From Oligoflexales bacterium (GTDB lineage: Bacteria > Bdellovibrionota_B > Oligoflexia > Oligoflexales > RGVZ01), in NCBI GenBank assembly GCA_947445775.1, contig CANFEB010000001.1, positions 147,291 through 211,290 on the forward strand: 64,000 nt of DNA, written 5' to 3'. A program made the position numbers and the translations under genes. Of this stretch, positions 53,560 through 63,507 are shown piece by piece. Every line of letters starts with the position of its first letter. Within the stretch, counting starts at the first letter, position 1. A model generated the notes under the pieces. The model did no database searches. It was not told the DNA's origin and saw nothing but the letters and a program-made list of their open reading frames with translations.

Positions 53560-54385
53560 TCGGAGTACGACATGCCAGACGAAGGGCGGTCGAATCACCC
53601 CAGCGGGTTTTTCTGGCTACCTCAGGCCATTCAGTGTTTTAGCCGTAATGGCCATTGGGGTTTTGTGTGTCAGCGCGACCATAGTCTATGCGGCCGACTC
53701 CTCACTGCCGTCCCTCAGCATCAATCTCGCCCAAAAGGATGATCCGGACGGGGTTGTCCCGGCGATAAAAATTGTAGCGCTCATGACGGTGCTTTCTGTT
53801 GCGCCGGCAATCCTCCTGATGATGACCTCTTTCACCCGCATCCTGATTGTCTTGAGCTTTGTTCGCCAGGCCCTCGGTACGATGTCCATGCCGCCAAATC
53901 AAGTTCTCGTAGGGCTGTCACTATTTTTGACCGCCTTCACCATGTCGCCAGTGATTGACGCCCTCAGCGAACGCGCTGTAACCCCATTTTTAGCCAAGGC
54001 GATCACCCAGGACCAAGCGTTAGGGGAGGCAGCGGGGCCCGTTAGAAAATTCATGCTCGCAGAAACTAGAGAGAGCGACATCGGTCTTTTTTACACGATC
54101 TCAAAAAGGGAACAGCCGAAATCTGCTAAGGACGTTCCCTTTACGGTACTAGTCCCCGCCTTCATGATCAGTGAATTGAAAACGGCCTTTCAAATCGGAT
54201 TTCTGATCTACATCCCGTTTTTGGTTATCGATATGGTCATCTCGGCAATTCTCATGGCACTTGGAATGATGATGCTACCGCCAACTATAGTCTCGCTGCC
54301 ATTCAAGTTGGTCCTGTTTGTCCTGGTCGATGGCTGGTCTTTGATTGTCGGTTCGATCGTAAAAAGCTTTCACACATTTGGCTGA
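53528..54385 (+). CDS. fliP: Flagellar type III export gate protein FliP
   Basis: ...IKIVALMTVLSVAPAILLMMTSFTRILIVLSFVRQALG... and ...AFQIGFLIYIPFLVIDMVISAILMALGMMMLPP. GTG 53528 (GAGG Shine-Dalgarno) overlaps the upstream gene by 32 nt; an alternative ATG lies at 53648. Confidence 0.9.
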   Translation: MKNCGIFRSSDRSTTCQTKGGRITPAGFSGYLRPFSVLAVMAIGVLCVSATIVYAADSSLPSLSINLAQKDDPDGVVPAIKIVALMTVLSVAPAILLMMTSFTRILIVLSFVRQALGTMSMPPNQVLVGLSLFLTAFTMSPVIDALSERAVTPFLAKAITQDQALGEAAGPVRKFMLAETRESDIGLFYTISKREQPKSAKDVPFTVLVPAFMISELKTAFQIGFLIYIPFLVIDMVISAILMALGMMMLPPTIVSLPFKLVLFVLVDGWSLIVGSIVKSFHTFG

Positions 54386-54410
54386 CGAATGTTCACCATA
54401 GGAGCCTGAA

Positions 54411-54680
54411 GTGACCGACCAAACCGTCATCGATATCGCAGGCAAGGCCATAATGGTGGCTATGAAAATAGCTGCACCCGCATTGGTTTCGACCCTGGTG
54501 GTCGGCTTACTTGTTTCCGTGATTCAGGCCGCCACCCAAATCAACGAACAAACACTGAGCTTCATTCCAAAAATTGTTGTCTTGAGCCTCACCATGGCCA
54601 TTGCCGGGCCATGGATTATTCAAACGATGATGCATTTTACAATCGACATCATGAACACAATTCCATTGGTAACACGCTGA
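54411..54680 (+). CDS. fliQ: Flagellar export gate protein FliQ
   Basis: 89 aa, two TM segments, ...LLVSVIQAATQINEQTLSFIPKI.... GTG start after an AGGAG Shine-Dalgarno. Confidence 0.92.
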   Translation: MTDQTVIDIAGKAIMVAMKIAAPALVSTLVVGLLVSVIQAATQINEQTLSFIPKIVVLSLTMAIAGPWIIQTMMHFTIDIMNTIPLVTR

Positions 54681-55468
54681 TGATTGACTTCAGGGACGTT
54701 GACACCATCATGAACCACGGCCTCGCATTTTTGCGAGTCGGTGGCATGGTGTTTTCCCTGCCGATTCTTGGTGACGCTCCGACGCCAGTTCCAGCTCGAG
54801 TCCTGCTATCAGTCGCACTGACGGCCGCCATGGCTCACATGATCCCGGTAGCGCCGGTCATTAGTCAAAACGCTGATGTTCTGATGTTAGCCGCAATGGT
54901 CATCAAAGAACTTGTTATCGGAATCTCCCTTGGCTACCTCGCCAGGGTCAGCTTTGACGGCATGCTCATGGCCGCCTCAATGACTGGCTACCAAATGGGT
55001 TTCGGTACGGCATCTTTATTTCTACCTGATGCTGGCGCACAAATGGACACGTTCACATCATTTCACCGCGTTATTTTGATGACCATTTTTCTAATGCTCA
55101 ACCTTCATCACCTGTTTATTGATGCCATGATGACGACTTTCCAAATTATTCCTCTCGGCAAAGTCTCGATCTCAATGGCCCCATTCACCAGCAGTATTTT
55201 TGAGGTTACAGGGGGTATTTTCAAGGTCGCCCTCCAATTGAGCGCGCCGGTTCTTATCGCCTTGATGTTCACACAGGCGGCTCTGGGCTTGGTCGCCCGC
55301 GCTGTCCCGCAGTTGAATGTTTTCATCATCAGTTTTCCTGCCAGCTTCGCCGTAGGCCTATTTGTCTATATTGCGACGATACCGTTTTTTCCTGAATGGA
55401 TGGGTTCACACTACATCGGGACCAGAGACCTGTTCATGACCGCAATTAAATCAATGCAACACGGATAA
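54680..55468 (+). CDS. fliR: Flagellar export gate protein FliR
   Basis: Polytopic, with MIDFRDV...FLRVGGMVFSLPILG... ATG 54680 overlaps the fliQ TGA. The track ORF from 54611 is over-extended. Confidence 0.9.
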   Translation: MIDFRDVDTIMNHGLAFLRVGGMVFSLPILGDAPTPVPARVLLSVALTAAMAHMIPVAPVISQNADVLMLAAMVIKELVIGISLGYLARVSFDGMLMAASMTGYQMGFGTASLFLPDAGAQMDTFTSFHRVILMTIFLMLNLHHLFIDAMMTTFQIIPLGKVSISMAPFTSSIFEVTGGIFKVALQLSAPVLIALMFTQAALGLVARAVPQLNVFIISFPASFAVGLFVYIATIPFFPEWMGSHYIGTRDLFMTAIKSMQHG

Positions 55469-55477
55469 GGAGATCCC

Positions 55478-56563
55478 TTGGCTGAGTCCGGCGAAAGTGG
55501 CGACGATCGCACAGAAGAAGCGACCCAAGAGCGCCGGGAAGACTTCCGGGAACGCGGGCAAATCGCTGTCTCACGCGAAGTCACGGCCGTTTTCGTTCTT
55601 TTAGCTGCGACGATGGTTTTATATCATGGGGGAAATTCTGGCGTTACCTTGATTCAGAGAATGATGATTCGGTCGTTTCAAGGCGCCCAGTCGTTTCGAG
55701 TCAACGAGCAGAATATTTTGGATTACCTGGGCACGATGTGGGTCACAGGACTTTCTGTCTCATTGCCAGTTTGTATCGCAGCAGGATTGATTGCTGCAGC
55801 CATCACGCTGCTCCAAACGCAGTTTAATTGGTCTTGGGAAAAGATAGCTCCCAACTTCAACAAAATGAACCCACTGACCGGCATAGCGCGAATGTTCAGC
55901 CTCGATACTGGGGCTGAGTTGGTCAAGTCCGTGGCTAAAACGAGTGCAATTGCCATCGTCGCAGCGGCGATGATCAAAGATGAATTGCCCCGCGCCCCAA
56001 GCCTGATGGTCACACCGATAACGGGAACATGGGCCCATTGGGCAAAGGTCACGTCGCAACTGACATGGGCCGTCGGTGGCACGATGTTGTTTATTGCCGC
56101 CGCCGATTTCTTCTACAATTGGTTCCGCCTAGAAAAACAAATGAAAATGACCAAACAGGAAATAAAAGAAGAGATCAAGCGCCGCGAAACTGATCCACTT
56201 CTCAAAGGCCGCCAGAAACGAATGCAGCGTGAAATTGCCACTCGCAAGGTTGTTGAGAAGACCAAACAAGCAACCGTTCTGATTACCAATCCAACCCACT
56301 ATTCCATTGCCCTGAAGTACGAAATGGGAATGGGAGCACCCATTGTCCTTGCGAAGGGAATTGATCATGTCGCGTTGAAGATGCGGGAGATTGCCAAGGA
56401 GGCTGATATTCCGATTATCGAAAACCGTCCGCTGGCACGAGCCATTTACGCCGAAGTTGATGAAGATCACGAAGTACCCGAGTCAATGTACAAGGCTGTG
56501 TCGGAAATTATCCGGTACGTCTTCAAGCTCAAAGGCATCAAAACCGGAAAAAAAACAGCCTGA
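55478..56563 (+). CDS. flhB: Flagellar export switch protein FlhB
   Basis: TTG start after an AAGGAG Shine-Dalgarno. ...TEEATQERREDFRERGQIA..., four TM segments, and the NPTH autocleavage site (LITNPTHYSIALKY). Confidence 0.93.
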   Translation: MAESGESGDDRTEEATQERREDFRERGQIAVSREVTAVFVLLAATMVLYHGGNSGVTLIQRMMIRSFQGAQSFRVNEQNILDYLGTMWVTGLSVSLPVCIAAGLIAAAITLLQTQFNWSWEKIAPNFNKMNPLTGIARMFSLDTGAELVKSVAKTSAIAIVAAAMIKDELPRAPSLMVTPITGTWAHWAKVTSQLTWAVGGTMLFIAAADFFYNWFRLEKQMKMTKQEIKEEIKRRETDPLLKGRQKRMQREIATRKVVEKTKQATVLITNPTHYSIALKYEMGMGAPIVLAKGIDHVALKMREIAKEADIPIIENRPLARAIYAEVDEDHEVPESMYKAVSEIIRYVFKLKGIKTGKKTA

Positions 56564-56586
56564 CAGAAAAATCTCCGGAGTAGTGA

Positions 56587-58719
56587 ATGGCAGCGATTGC
56601 ATCCAGAGCGAAATCAACCGGGAAGGCCATCGCCCCCGCAGGCCTTGGCACTGGCATTTTGGATTTGATCCGGAGTCCGGACATCCAGATTGCAGTGGGC
56701 TTGCTGGGGATCGTCTTCATGATGATCATTCCGCTGCCTTCGATCCTTCTCGACATGCTGCTTGCTGCCTCCATCACAAGTTCCATCCTGATTCTTTTGA
56801 TTTCGGTTTACATAAAGCATCCACTTGAATTCTCGACATTTCCAACCATTCTCCTCATCACGACCCTGTTCCGCCTCGGCCTAAACGTTGCCACGACCAG
56901 AGCAATTCTTCTCAAGGCTCAAAAGGGTGACGTGTCAGATGTTGTTGAGGCATTCGGACACTTTGTGGTTGGTGGAAATTATTTTGTTGGTTTTACGATT
57001 TTCATCATATTGGTCATCATCAACTTTATCGTAATCACTAAAGGCGCGGGCCGCATTGCCGAGGTTGGCGCACGCTTTACGTTGGACGCTATGCCTGGTA
57101 AGCAAATGGCCATTGACGCCGAGATGAATGCCGGCTTGATCGACCGGGATGAGGCAAAAAAACGCCGCACAAAAGTTGAACAAGAAGCAGACTTCTATGG
57201 ATCCATGGACGGGGCCTCAAAGTTTGTTCGCGGTGATGCCATCGCAGGTATCATCATCACTATCATCAATATTCTGGTCGGACTCCTAGTCGGGGTGTTT
57301 CAACACGGCATGTCTTTTCAAAATGCGGCGGAACTTTACACGCTGTTGACCGTTGGTGAGGGGTTGGTCTCCCAGATTCCAGCACTGATTATCTCCACGG
57401 CCGCCGGTATTATCGTTACCCGTGCGTCGGCTGGTAGTGGACTGTCAGAGGACTTGTCCTCCCAGCTCATGGTCCACCCGAAAGCCCTTTATACATGCTG
57501 TGGTTTGCTGGTCCTCATGGCGATTGTTCCAGGACTTCCTGCGATTCCATTTCTTGTGATGGCCATCGGCTTCTTTTTTCTCGGGCGCACTTCAGCCAAT
57601 GCCCTTATCCAAAAAGAGGAAGACTCGGCAAAAGTCGAGGCCACTGATAAAGACCGAAAAGAGGGCAGTTCAGATTCCATTGAGGCGCTGTTGCATGTCG
57701 ACGTCATGGCGCTTGAGGTTGGTGTTGGCCTCATTCCACTTGTGGACACTGCACAGGATGGCGAGATTCTTGAACGCATCATTTCTGCGCGGAAACAATT
57801 CGCCCAAGATCTTGGGATCGTGGTCCCCATGGTGATGGTGCGCGACAACATTCAATTGCAACCCGGTGAGTACCAGATTTTATTGAAAGGAAATGTCATC
57901 GGCAGGGGCAGCCTGATGATCGACTATTATCTTGCGATGGATCCTGGCGATATTTCTGAGCCCATCCACGGCATCAAAACTATTGAGCCTGCCTACGGGC
58001 TGGAGGCTCTTTGGATTAAGCCAAACCAAAGAGATGAGGCTACTTTTCGCGGGTATACCGCGGTCAACTGCCCGACTGTCGTTGTAACCCATCTAACCAA
58101 ATTGATTTCCGAACATGCTTTTGAGCTTCTTGGAAGGCAAGAAACCCAAAATTTGATTGAAGGCATCAAGCGAGACCACCCCAAGGTTATAGAGGAAGTC
58201 ATTGCTGCAGATCGTCTGACCTTGGGAGATGTTGTCAAGGTCCTCCAAAACCTGCTGTCAGAGATGGTCAGCATCCGAGATACATTGACAATTTTTGAAA
58301 CTCTTGCCGATCACGCCAAAGCTATAAAATCTCCTGAGATTCTGACCAGATATGTCCGCAAAGCTTTGGGCCGTGGTATTATAAAAAAGTACCTGAGCAG
58401 CGACAATCAATTGCTAGTTGCGAGCCTTGACCGGGCGGTCGAAGACACGATCGTCATGAGCCAGCAGATCAACGATGATGGGTCTACCTCATTGAATCTT
58501 GATCCGGAACTGGCCCAAAGGCTTTTGAATAGCATTGCCACCACTATGCGGGCCTTTGAGCCACATGGGGCCATTCCCATCCTCCTTTGCGGTTCCCGCA
58601 TCAGATGGGATTTACGAAAGTTAGTGACCCGGTTCATCCCGGGGCTGGTTGTCCTCGCATTTGATGAACTTCCGACTGAATCAAAGACAAAAACCATTGG
58701 GACCGTAAGGCTGCAGTAA
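56587..58719 (+). CDS. flhA: Flagellar export protein FlhA
   Basis: 710 aa. ...FVVGGNYFVGFTIFIILVIINFIVITKGAGRIAEVGARFTLDAMPGKQMAIDAE... is the conserved FHIPEP region. Confidence 0.96.
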   Translation: MAAIASRAKSTGKAIAPAGLGTGILDLIRSPDIQIAVGLLGIVFMMIIPLPSILLDMLLAASITSSILILLISVYIKHPLEFSTFPTILLITTLFRLGLNVATTRAILLKAQKGDVSDVVEAFGHFVVGGNYFVGFTIFIILVIINFIVITKGAGRIAEVGARFTLDAMPGKQMAIDAEMNAGLIDRDEAKKRRTKVEQEADFYGSMDGASKFVRGDAIAGIIITIINILVGLLVGVFQHGMSFQNAAELYTLLTVGEGLVSQIPALIISTAAGIIVTRASAGSGLSEDLSSQLMVHPKALYTCCGLLVLMAIVPGLPAIPFLVMAIGFFFLGRTSANALIQKEEDSAKVEATDKDRKEGSSDSIEALLHVDVMALEVGVGLIPLVDTAQDGEILERIISARKQFAQDLGIVVPMVMVRDNIQLQPGEYQILLKGNVIGRGSLMIDYYLAMDPGDISEPIHGIKTIEPAYGLEALWIKPNQRDEATFRGYTAVNCPTVVVTHLTKLISEHAFELLGRQETQNLIEGIKRDHPKVIEEVIAADRLTLGDVVKVLQNLLSEMVSIRDTLTIFETLADHAKAIKSPEILTRYVRKALGRGIIKKYLSSDNQLLVASLDRAVEDTIVMSQQINDDGSTSLNLDPELAQRLLNSIATTMRAFEPHGAIPILLCGSRIRWDLRKLVTRFIPGLVVLAFDELPTESKTKTIGTVRLQ

Positions 58720-58731
58720 GGGAATCACGCA

Positions 58732-59922
58732 ATGCAAATTAAAACCTTCGAGGCCGTTTCCTTCAAAGACGCTATCAAAGCGGTGAAGCTGGAATTTGGC
58801 AATGACGCCGTGATCCTGTCGACTCGCGAAAAGCCAACCGATGGACGCCCCAACGTGAAGCTTGTCGAGGTAACCGCTGCCGCAGCCACCGTCACCAGAA
58901 ATATTGCCGGCGCATCGGCGACGACCAATCTCGGCGCAGGAGCCCAAGTCAACCAAGGGCGCATGGACTCGTCTTTTGAGCGCATCGAAAAAAAATTAGT
59001 AAGTTTAGAGTCCAGACTTCCCACAGCACGCAGAATCGAAAATCTTGAAGGATCAGTCCACGACCTTAAACTTTTACTCCTTGAAGTTCTCCGCCAGAAT
59101 AACTCAGGGATAGAGCAAGGACTGCCGGCAGCAGCGGCAGAAATCATTCGGATGCTGCGTCACAGTGGCATCGAGGAAACCCTCTTGGCAAAGCTAGTGG
59201 CCAGCCTGACAAAGCTGCCTCCACCAAAGGCCGATGCAACGACAACGCCTGACACCTACTACCGCGATCAGTCCATCCGTTGGATGCTGAAACAAATTTC
59301 TATATCTCCACGCTGGGAAACCGTCCCTGGCGGCCAGTCAGTGCATTGCCTGGTGGGGCCTCCCGGGGCTGGGAAATCGACACTTTTATGCAAGCTTGCC
59401 GGACAGTTTTCATTGCGCGAAAATCGCAAGGTCTTAATCGTTTCCTACGATGCCGTCCGACTTGCTGCATCGGAACAGCTACGCGTCTATGCCAAGGTTT
59501 TAAATATCCGCTTTGCCGCCATTCAAGAGCCCGAGGATCTAGCCGGTGTCTTGGCCAAAAACAATGACTGCGACCTCGTTCTCGTTGACACCACGGGGCG
59601 CCCCGTCAAACAAGTCAAGATATTGGAAGACCTGAATATTCTTAAGTCCAAAACACCGGGCATCGAGTTCCACCTCGTGCTGTCAGCGGCTGAAAAAGCT
59701 GGAATTCTGGACTCTGCCGTCAGGATGTACTCAAACCTCGGAGTGCGCAGCCTGGCTTTCAATAAATTAGACGAGAGTTGGCAATTCACCGATGCCTTCA
59801 ATATCGCTGCCAAATGGGCAGTCCCCATGAGTTTCTTTGGAACTGGGCCAGAAGTTCCTGATGACGTTGAGAGGGCGAGTCGCGAGCGGGTTGTCGAACA
59901 AATTTTTGGTCTTTCGCGGTAA
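58732..59922 (+). CDS. flhF: Flagellar biosynthesis GTPase FlhF (SRP-type)
   Basis: MQIKTFEAVSFKDAIKAVKLEFGNDAVILS, G1 VGPPGAGKST, and LVDTTGR. Positioned after flhA. Confidence 0.9.
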   Translation: MQIKTFEAVSFKDAIKAVKLEFGNDAVILSTREKPTDGRPNVKLVEVTAAAATVTRNIAGASATTNLGAGAQVNQGRMDSSFERIEKKLVSLESRLPTARRIENLEGSVHDLKLLLLEVLRQNNSGIEQGLPAAAAEIIRMLRHSGIEETLLAKLVASLTKLPPPKADATTTPDTYYRDQSIRWMLKQISISPRWETVPGGQSVHCLVGPPGAGKSTLLCKLAGQFSLRENRKVLIVSYDAVRLAASEQLRVYAKVLNIRFAAIQEPEDLAGVLAKNNDCDLVLVDTTGRPVKQVKILEDLNILKSKTPGIEFHLVLSAAEKAGILDSAVRMYSNLGVRSLAFNKLDESWQFTDAFNIAAKWAVPMSFFGTGPEVPDDVERASRERVVEQIFGLSR

Positions 59923-60761
59923 TGGGGAATCAATTCATGCAGGCCTTTTCGAGTAAACGAACTATTGCGGTCTCGAGTGGCAAGGGTGGGGTTGGAAAGA
60001 CCCTCACCTCTATTCATCTGGCTGCGGCGTCTGCAAAGCACGGAAGTAACACCCTCATCATTGACGGCGACCTTGGGCTTGCCAACGTTGATGTGCTACT
60101 CGGCCTAAAAGCCGAAAATAGTATTTTTGATGTGATCACTGGCCGCGTCGGAATCGAGGACATCCTTCTTCGGGGTCCAATGGGTATCACCGTTATGCCT
60201 GCCGGATCTGGCATTGCTGCTCTACAGAATTTAGACGCTGGACTGCGCGATGAACTGATTGCAGGCATAAAATTTGTGGCTGCACGCTTTGACACAGTCA
60301 TCATAGATACCGGAGCAGGCATTGCTGAAACCGTTCTGCAGATGAACCGTCTCGCCAACATAAACCTCGTGGTGACAACACCCGAGCCCCATGCTGTGAC
60401 GGATGCCTATGCGCTCATAAAGGTCTTATCAGAGTGCGAGGATATTCCTGTCATCGCTCTCGCCATTAATCAAGTGCGCTCTGAAGATGAGGGACGCCGA
60501 GTATTTGAGCGCCTATCTGAAGTCGCATCAAAATTTCTGAGTGCCAGACTTGTTTTTGCAGGATCTATTCCCACAGATCCCGCAATTCAACGCGGAGTTA
60601 TGGCTCGCCGGGCCGTCCAAGAGAACTCGAATTTCACTTTGGCCGGCCAAGCCTGGACGCAGTGTTTCCACCGCATAATAAATGCCAACGATGAGTGGCG
60701 AACAGTAATCCCAAAGAAAATCAGCGCACTCGCTGCGCCTGTAGAGGGGACCCATACATGA
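59922..60761 (+). CDS. flhG: MinD/ParA-type flagellar number regulator FlhG (FleN/YlxH)
   Basis: Deviant Walker A SSGKGGVGKT and IIDGDLGLANVD. Lies between flhF and fliA. An alternative ATG is at 59937. Confidence 0.88.
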   Translation: MGNQFMQAFSSKRTIAVSSGKGGVGKTLTSIHLAAASAKHGSNTLIIDGDLGLANVDVLLGLKAENSIFDVITGRVGIEDILLRGPMGITVMPAGSGIAALQNLDAGLRDELIAGIKFVAARFDTVIIDTGAGIAETVLQMNRLANINLVVTTPEPHAVTDAYALIKVLSECEDIPVIALAINQVRSEDEGRRVFERLSEVASKFLSARLVFAGSIPTDPAIQRGVMARRAVQENSNFTLAGQAWTQCFHRIINANDEWRTVIPKKISALAAPVEGTHT

Positions 60762-61516
60762 AGGGCCTCGTTAAAAGGTACAAACAAGAAACCCAGGGCG
60801 TTGATGGTAAATTGCGTGATCAGTTGATCATGGACTATGCTCCATTGATCCGCTTTGTTGCCCAGCGAATCGCTGCACGACTTCCCTCAAATGTCGAAAT
60901 CGACGACTTGATCAGCGCCGGAGTCATCGGCCTGATGGATGCCATCGAAAAATACGATCCAAGCCGCGACAATAAATTTAAGACATATGCCGAATTTCGA
61001 ATCCGCGGCGCTATCCTCGATGAGCTCCGCAGTCAAGACTGGGTCCCAAGATCAGTCCGCGACAAGGCCAAGAAAATCGAAAGAACGTATGCGGAACTTG
61101 AACAAAAATATGGCCGTACAATAACCGACGCCGAGTTGTCGGATGCACTTGGCATGGACCTCGACGCGTATCATGAACTGGTTTCAAAAGTTAAATCGGT
61201 AACTCTTCTGTCAATTGACGAGCTGAGCGGGCCAAGCCAAAGCGATCGCAAGAGCCTGCTTGAGTCACTGGAGAATCCAAATTCAAAAAACCCATTTCAA
61301 CATCTTAAAAATCAGGGTGTTCGCCAGCTTCTCGTTAATCACATTCAGGATCTCCCCGAAAAACAAAAGCTCGTTCTCTCGCTGTATTACTACGAGGACT
61401 TGAATCTTAAAGAGATCGGGAAGATCCTTGAGGTGACGGAATCACGCGTTAGTCAGCTGCACACGCAAGCGGTGAGTCGGCTACGTTCAAAACTTAAACA
61501 CATTCTCAGCGAATAA
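60758..61516 (+). CDS. fliA: RNA polymerase sigma-28 factor FliA
   Basis: Region 2 (...DDLISAGVIGLMDAIEKYDP...FKTYAEFRIRGAILDELR) and region 4.2 HTH (LNLKEIGKILEVTESRVSQLH). ATG 60758 overlaps the flhG TGA. Confidence 0.92.
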   Translation: MKGLVKRYKQETQGVDGKLRDQLIMDYAPLIRFVAQRIAARLPSNVEIDDLISAGVIGLMDAIEKYDPSRDNKFKTYAEFRIRGAILDELRSQDWVPRSVRDKAKKIERTYAELEQKYGRTITDAELSDALGMDLDAYHELVSKVKSVTLLSIDELSGPSQSDRKSLLESLENPNSKNPFQHLKNQGVRQLLVNHIQDLPEKQKLVLSLYYYEDLNLKEIGKILEVTESRVSQLHTQAVSRLRSKLKHILSE

Positions 61517-61528
61517 TTTTAGGAGAAT

Positions 61529-62008
61529 ATGTCCATGTCAGAATTTATCCCGAACGACCATCAACTGGATTTAGACGATGGCGTAGCTTCATCTCCAAAG
61601 TGTGAGGCGACTGCCTTCAGCGAGAAATTCATTAAAAGCTTTCCGCGCAGTCACAAGAGGGTTCCCATCTCCGTCAGCCCATTCAGCCTGAAGACTGACG
61701 AGACAAATAGCCATAACATTCAGTCGATGTTTATCAGCCCTCACGGGATTGAGTTTCAGGCGCCAGGAGAATTTCGGGAAGGCTCGCTGATCAAAGTGGA
61801 TATTGCGCTGCCTGACTACTGGAGTCGTAAGCAAAGCCTGGTTGAATACCGGCGCATCGACGTACCAAAAAAGTTTCGCATCCTTGCAAAAGTGCTGAAA
61901 GTTGATGGAATAGGAAAGCGCGGCAAAAAAAAGCACGTCATTGCGCAGACTGTGAACCTTGATTCCGCCGACGAACAAGTCCTTCGTGGCTTTCTGGAAG
62001 AAGGTTGA
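61529..62008 (+). CDS. PilZ-domain protein
   Basis: RSHKR (RxxxR) followed ~30 aa later by FISPHGIEF (partly degenerate D/NxSxxG). 159 aa, 12 nt downstream of fliA. Confidence 0.6.
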   Translation: MSMSEFIPNDHQLDLDDGVASSPKCEATAFSEKFIKSFPRSHKRVPISVSPFSLKTDETNSHNIQSMFISPHGIEFQAPGEFREGSLIKVDIALPDYWSRKQSLVEYRRIDVPKKFRILAKVLKVDGIGKRGKKKHVIAQTVNLDSADEQVLRGFLEEG

Positions 62009-62041
62009 TTCGGAAAAGCCCCTGTCTTTTTGGAGAGTGCC

Positions 62042-62656
62042 ATGTTGCAGACAAGCTTGATCGTTATTCTGCTGATCGTTGATGCAGGATTGATTTTTGC
62101 GTTTTGGCAGTTCATGCGGCGACGTACCATCGAAGCCGATGTCGTCGCTGAATTAGCCGATGAGCGCCGGATGATAGAAGAGATTCGCGCGCGGGCGCGT
62201 GAAGAAATCACCAGCGGCCAGACTAAAGTCCGCGAAGCGAGCGACCGGGTGAGCCGAATGGCTCTAGAAGTCGAACAGGAGTCTAAAGCCTGCGGCGGCG
62301 TGATTCGCGGCGAGATCGAAAAAGTTCTTTCCGGTTTCGGTGGCCTCTTGGAGGCCCCCCTTGCAGAGCTTGCGACGCGACAAAGTCAGGTTCAAGGACT
62401 CCTACAAAAGGTTGAGTCAGAAAGAAACCTTCTGCGAAAACTCCTCACCCGCGCAGAAATGATGTGCAAGGCCCTCGATGAAAAAGTCCCTCTCGAAGAA
62501 GTCCTTAGCGAGATGCGCGAGAGAAAATACACCGATGCGCGAAGTTTGCTGGCTCAAGGCCTAAGCATCTCCAAGGTTTCCGCCGAAGTTGATTTGAGTG
62601 AGAGTGAGATCCGCCTGCTCTCTGGGATCACATCCGGGGCCAGCAGAAACTTCTAA
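62042..62656 (+). CDS. Membrane-anchored coiled-coil protein, possibly DUF2802-like flagellar-cluster protein
   Basis: N-terminal TM segment LQTSLIVILLIVDAGLIFAFW, a long charged helix, and a C-terminal HTH-like AQGLSISKVSAEVDLSESEIRLL. The family assignment is from memory only. Confidence 0.4.
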   Translation: MLQTSLIVILLIVDAGLIFAFWQFMRRRTIEADVVAELADERRMIEEIRARAREEITSGQTKVREASDRVSRMALEVEQESKACGGVIRGEIEKVLSGFGGLLEAPLAELATRQSQVQGLLQKVESERNLLRKLLTRAEMMCKALDEKVPLEEVLSEMRERKYTDARSLLAQGLSISKVSAEVDLSESEIRLLSGITSGASRNF

Positions 62657-62700
62657 AAATGATCCTGAGTCCCGCCGCCGTCAGACTTGCTGGCGTGAGA

Positions 62701-63507
62701 TTAGCTGCCGTCAGACTTGCTGGCGCTAGCAAAAAACCGGGCGACATCGTCGTAAAGATCCTTGGGACGCTCTGCCAAAAGCAAATGCCCGGCCCCCTCA
62801 AACAGCTTAACCGTAGAGCCGTGGATTGCCCGCGCGAGAACACGAGAAGCGTCTGCTGGGACAATCATATCGCTTGCGCCATGAATGATCAGCGTTGGCA
62901 CCCCAATGGTTGCCAACAAGGGTGTCGCATCAAAACCCTCCATAGCGCGCATTTGACGGCTGGCATCCAGTAGAAACGGCCCGTCCTTTGCCGACTTTGC
63001 CATTTGTTTAGCCATGGCAACGACAAGCGCACGATTGACGGCCACAAATCCGGGTGAAAAATACCCGGTTAGCTTTGCTTCGACCGCCTTCTCGTCCTCA
63101 GACCAGGCGTAGCTGCCGTGATCGCGAATAAATGATCTGTTTGGGCATGTCGAAATCAATACGAGTTTTTGAATTCGGTCAGGGTGACTTCCCGCCAGCC
63201 ACTGCGCTATCATTCCGCCCATTGATATGCCCATCACATGACTGGACGCGATCTCAAGGTGATCCCAAATGGCCACCACGTCGGCCACCATGTCACCGAG
63301 ATCAAAATCCTCCGTCACCCGACTCCGGCCAGCCCCCCGGTTATCTAAAACTAAAACCTTAAAGCCCCGCTCGACGAGGCTTCGCGCCATCATCTTGAAG
63401 TCTGAAGATGTTCTGGTGTGGCCGTTGATTAGCGTAACGACGGGACACTCCGGTGAGCCGCTAGCCTCAAAGAAAATCGCCGCGCCAGGTCGATCAAGAA
63501 ATGGCAT
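62701..63507 (-). CDS. Alpha/beta-fold hydrolase
   Basis: HG oxyanion region LINGHTR, nucleophile elbow GISMGGMIA, IHGASDMIVP, and GAGHLLLAERP. Start taken at MPFLDRPG (63507). Confidence 0.85.
   Translation of the reverse strand: MPFLDRPGAAIFFEASGSPECPVVTLINGHTRTSSDFKMMARSLVERGFKVLVLDNRGAGRSRVTEDFDLGDMVADVVAIWDHLEIASSHVMGISMGGMIAQWLAGSHPDRIQKLVLISTCPNRSFIRDHGSYAWSEDEKAVEAKLTGYFSPGFVAVNRALVVAMAKQMAKSAKDGPFLLDASRQMRAMEGFDATPLLATIGVPTLIIHGASDMIVPADASRVLARAIHGSTVKLFEGAGHLLLAERPKDLYDDVARFFASASKSDGS

Noticed and set aside
53572-53650. The ATG at ~53574 (MPDEGRS...), considered as an alternative fliP start after the upstream stop.
   Set aside because: It is out of frame with the conserved FliP sequence. 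The only in-frame candidates are GTG 53528 (with GAGG Shine-Dalgarno) and ATG 53648.
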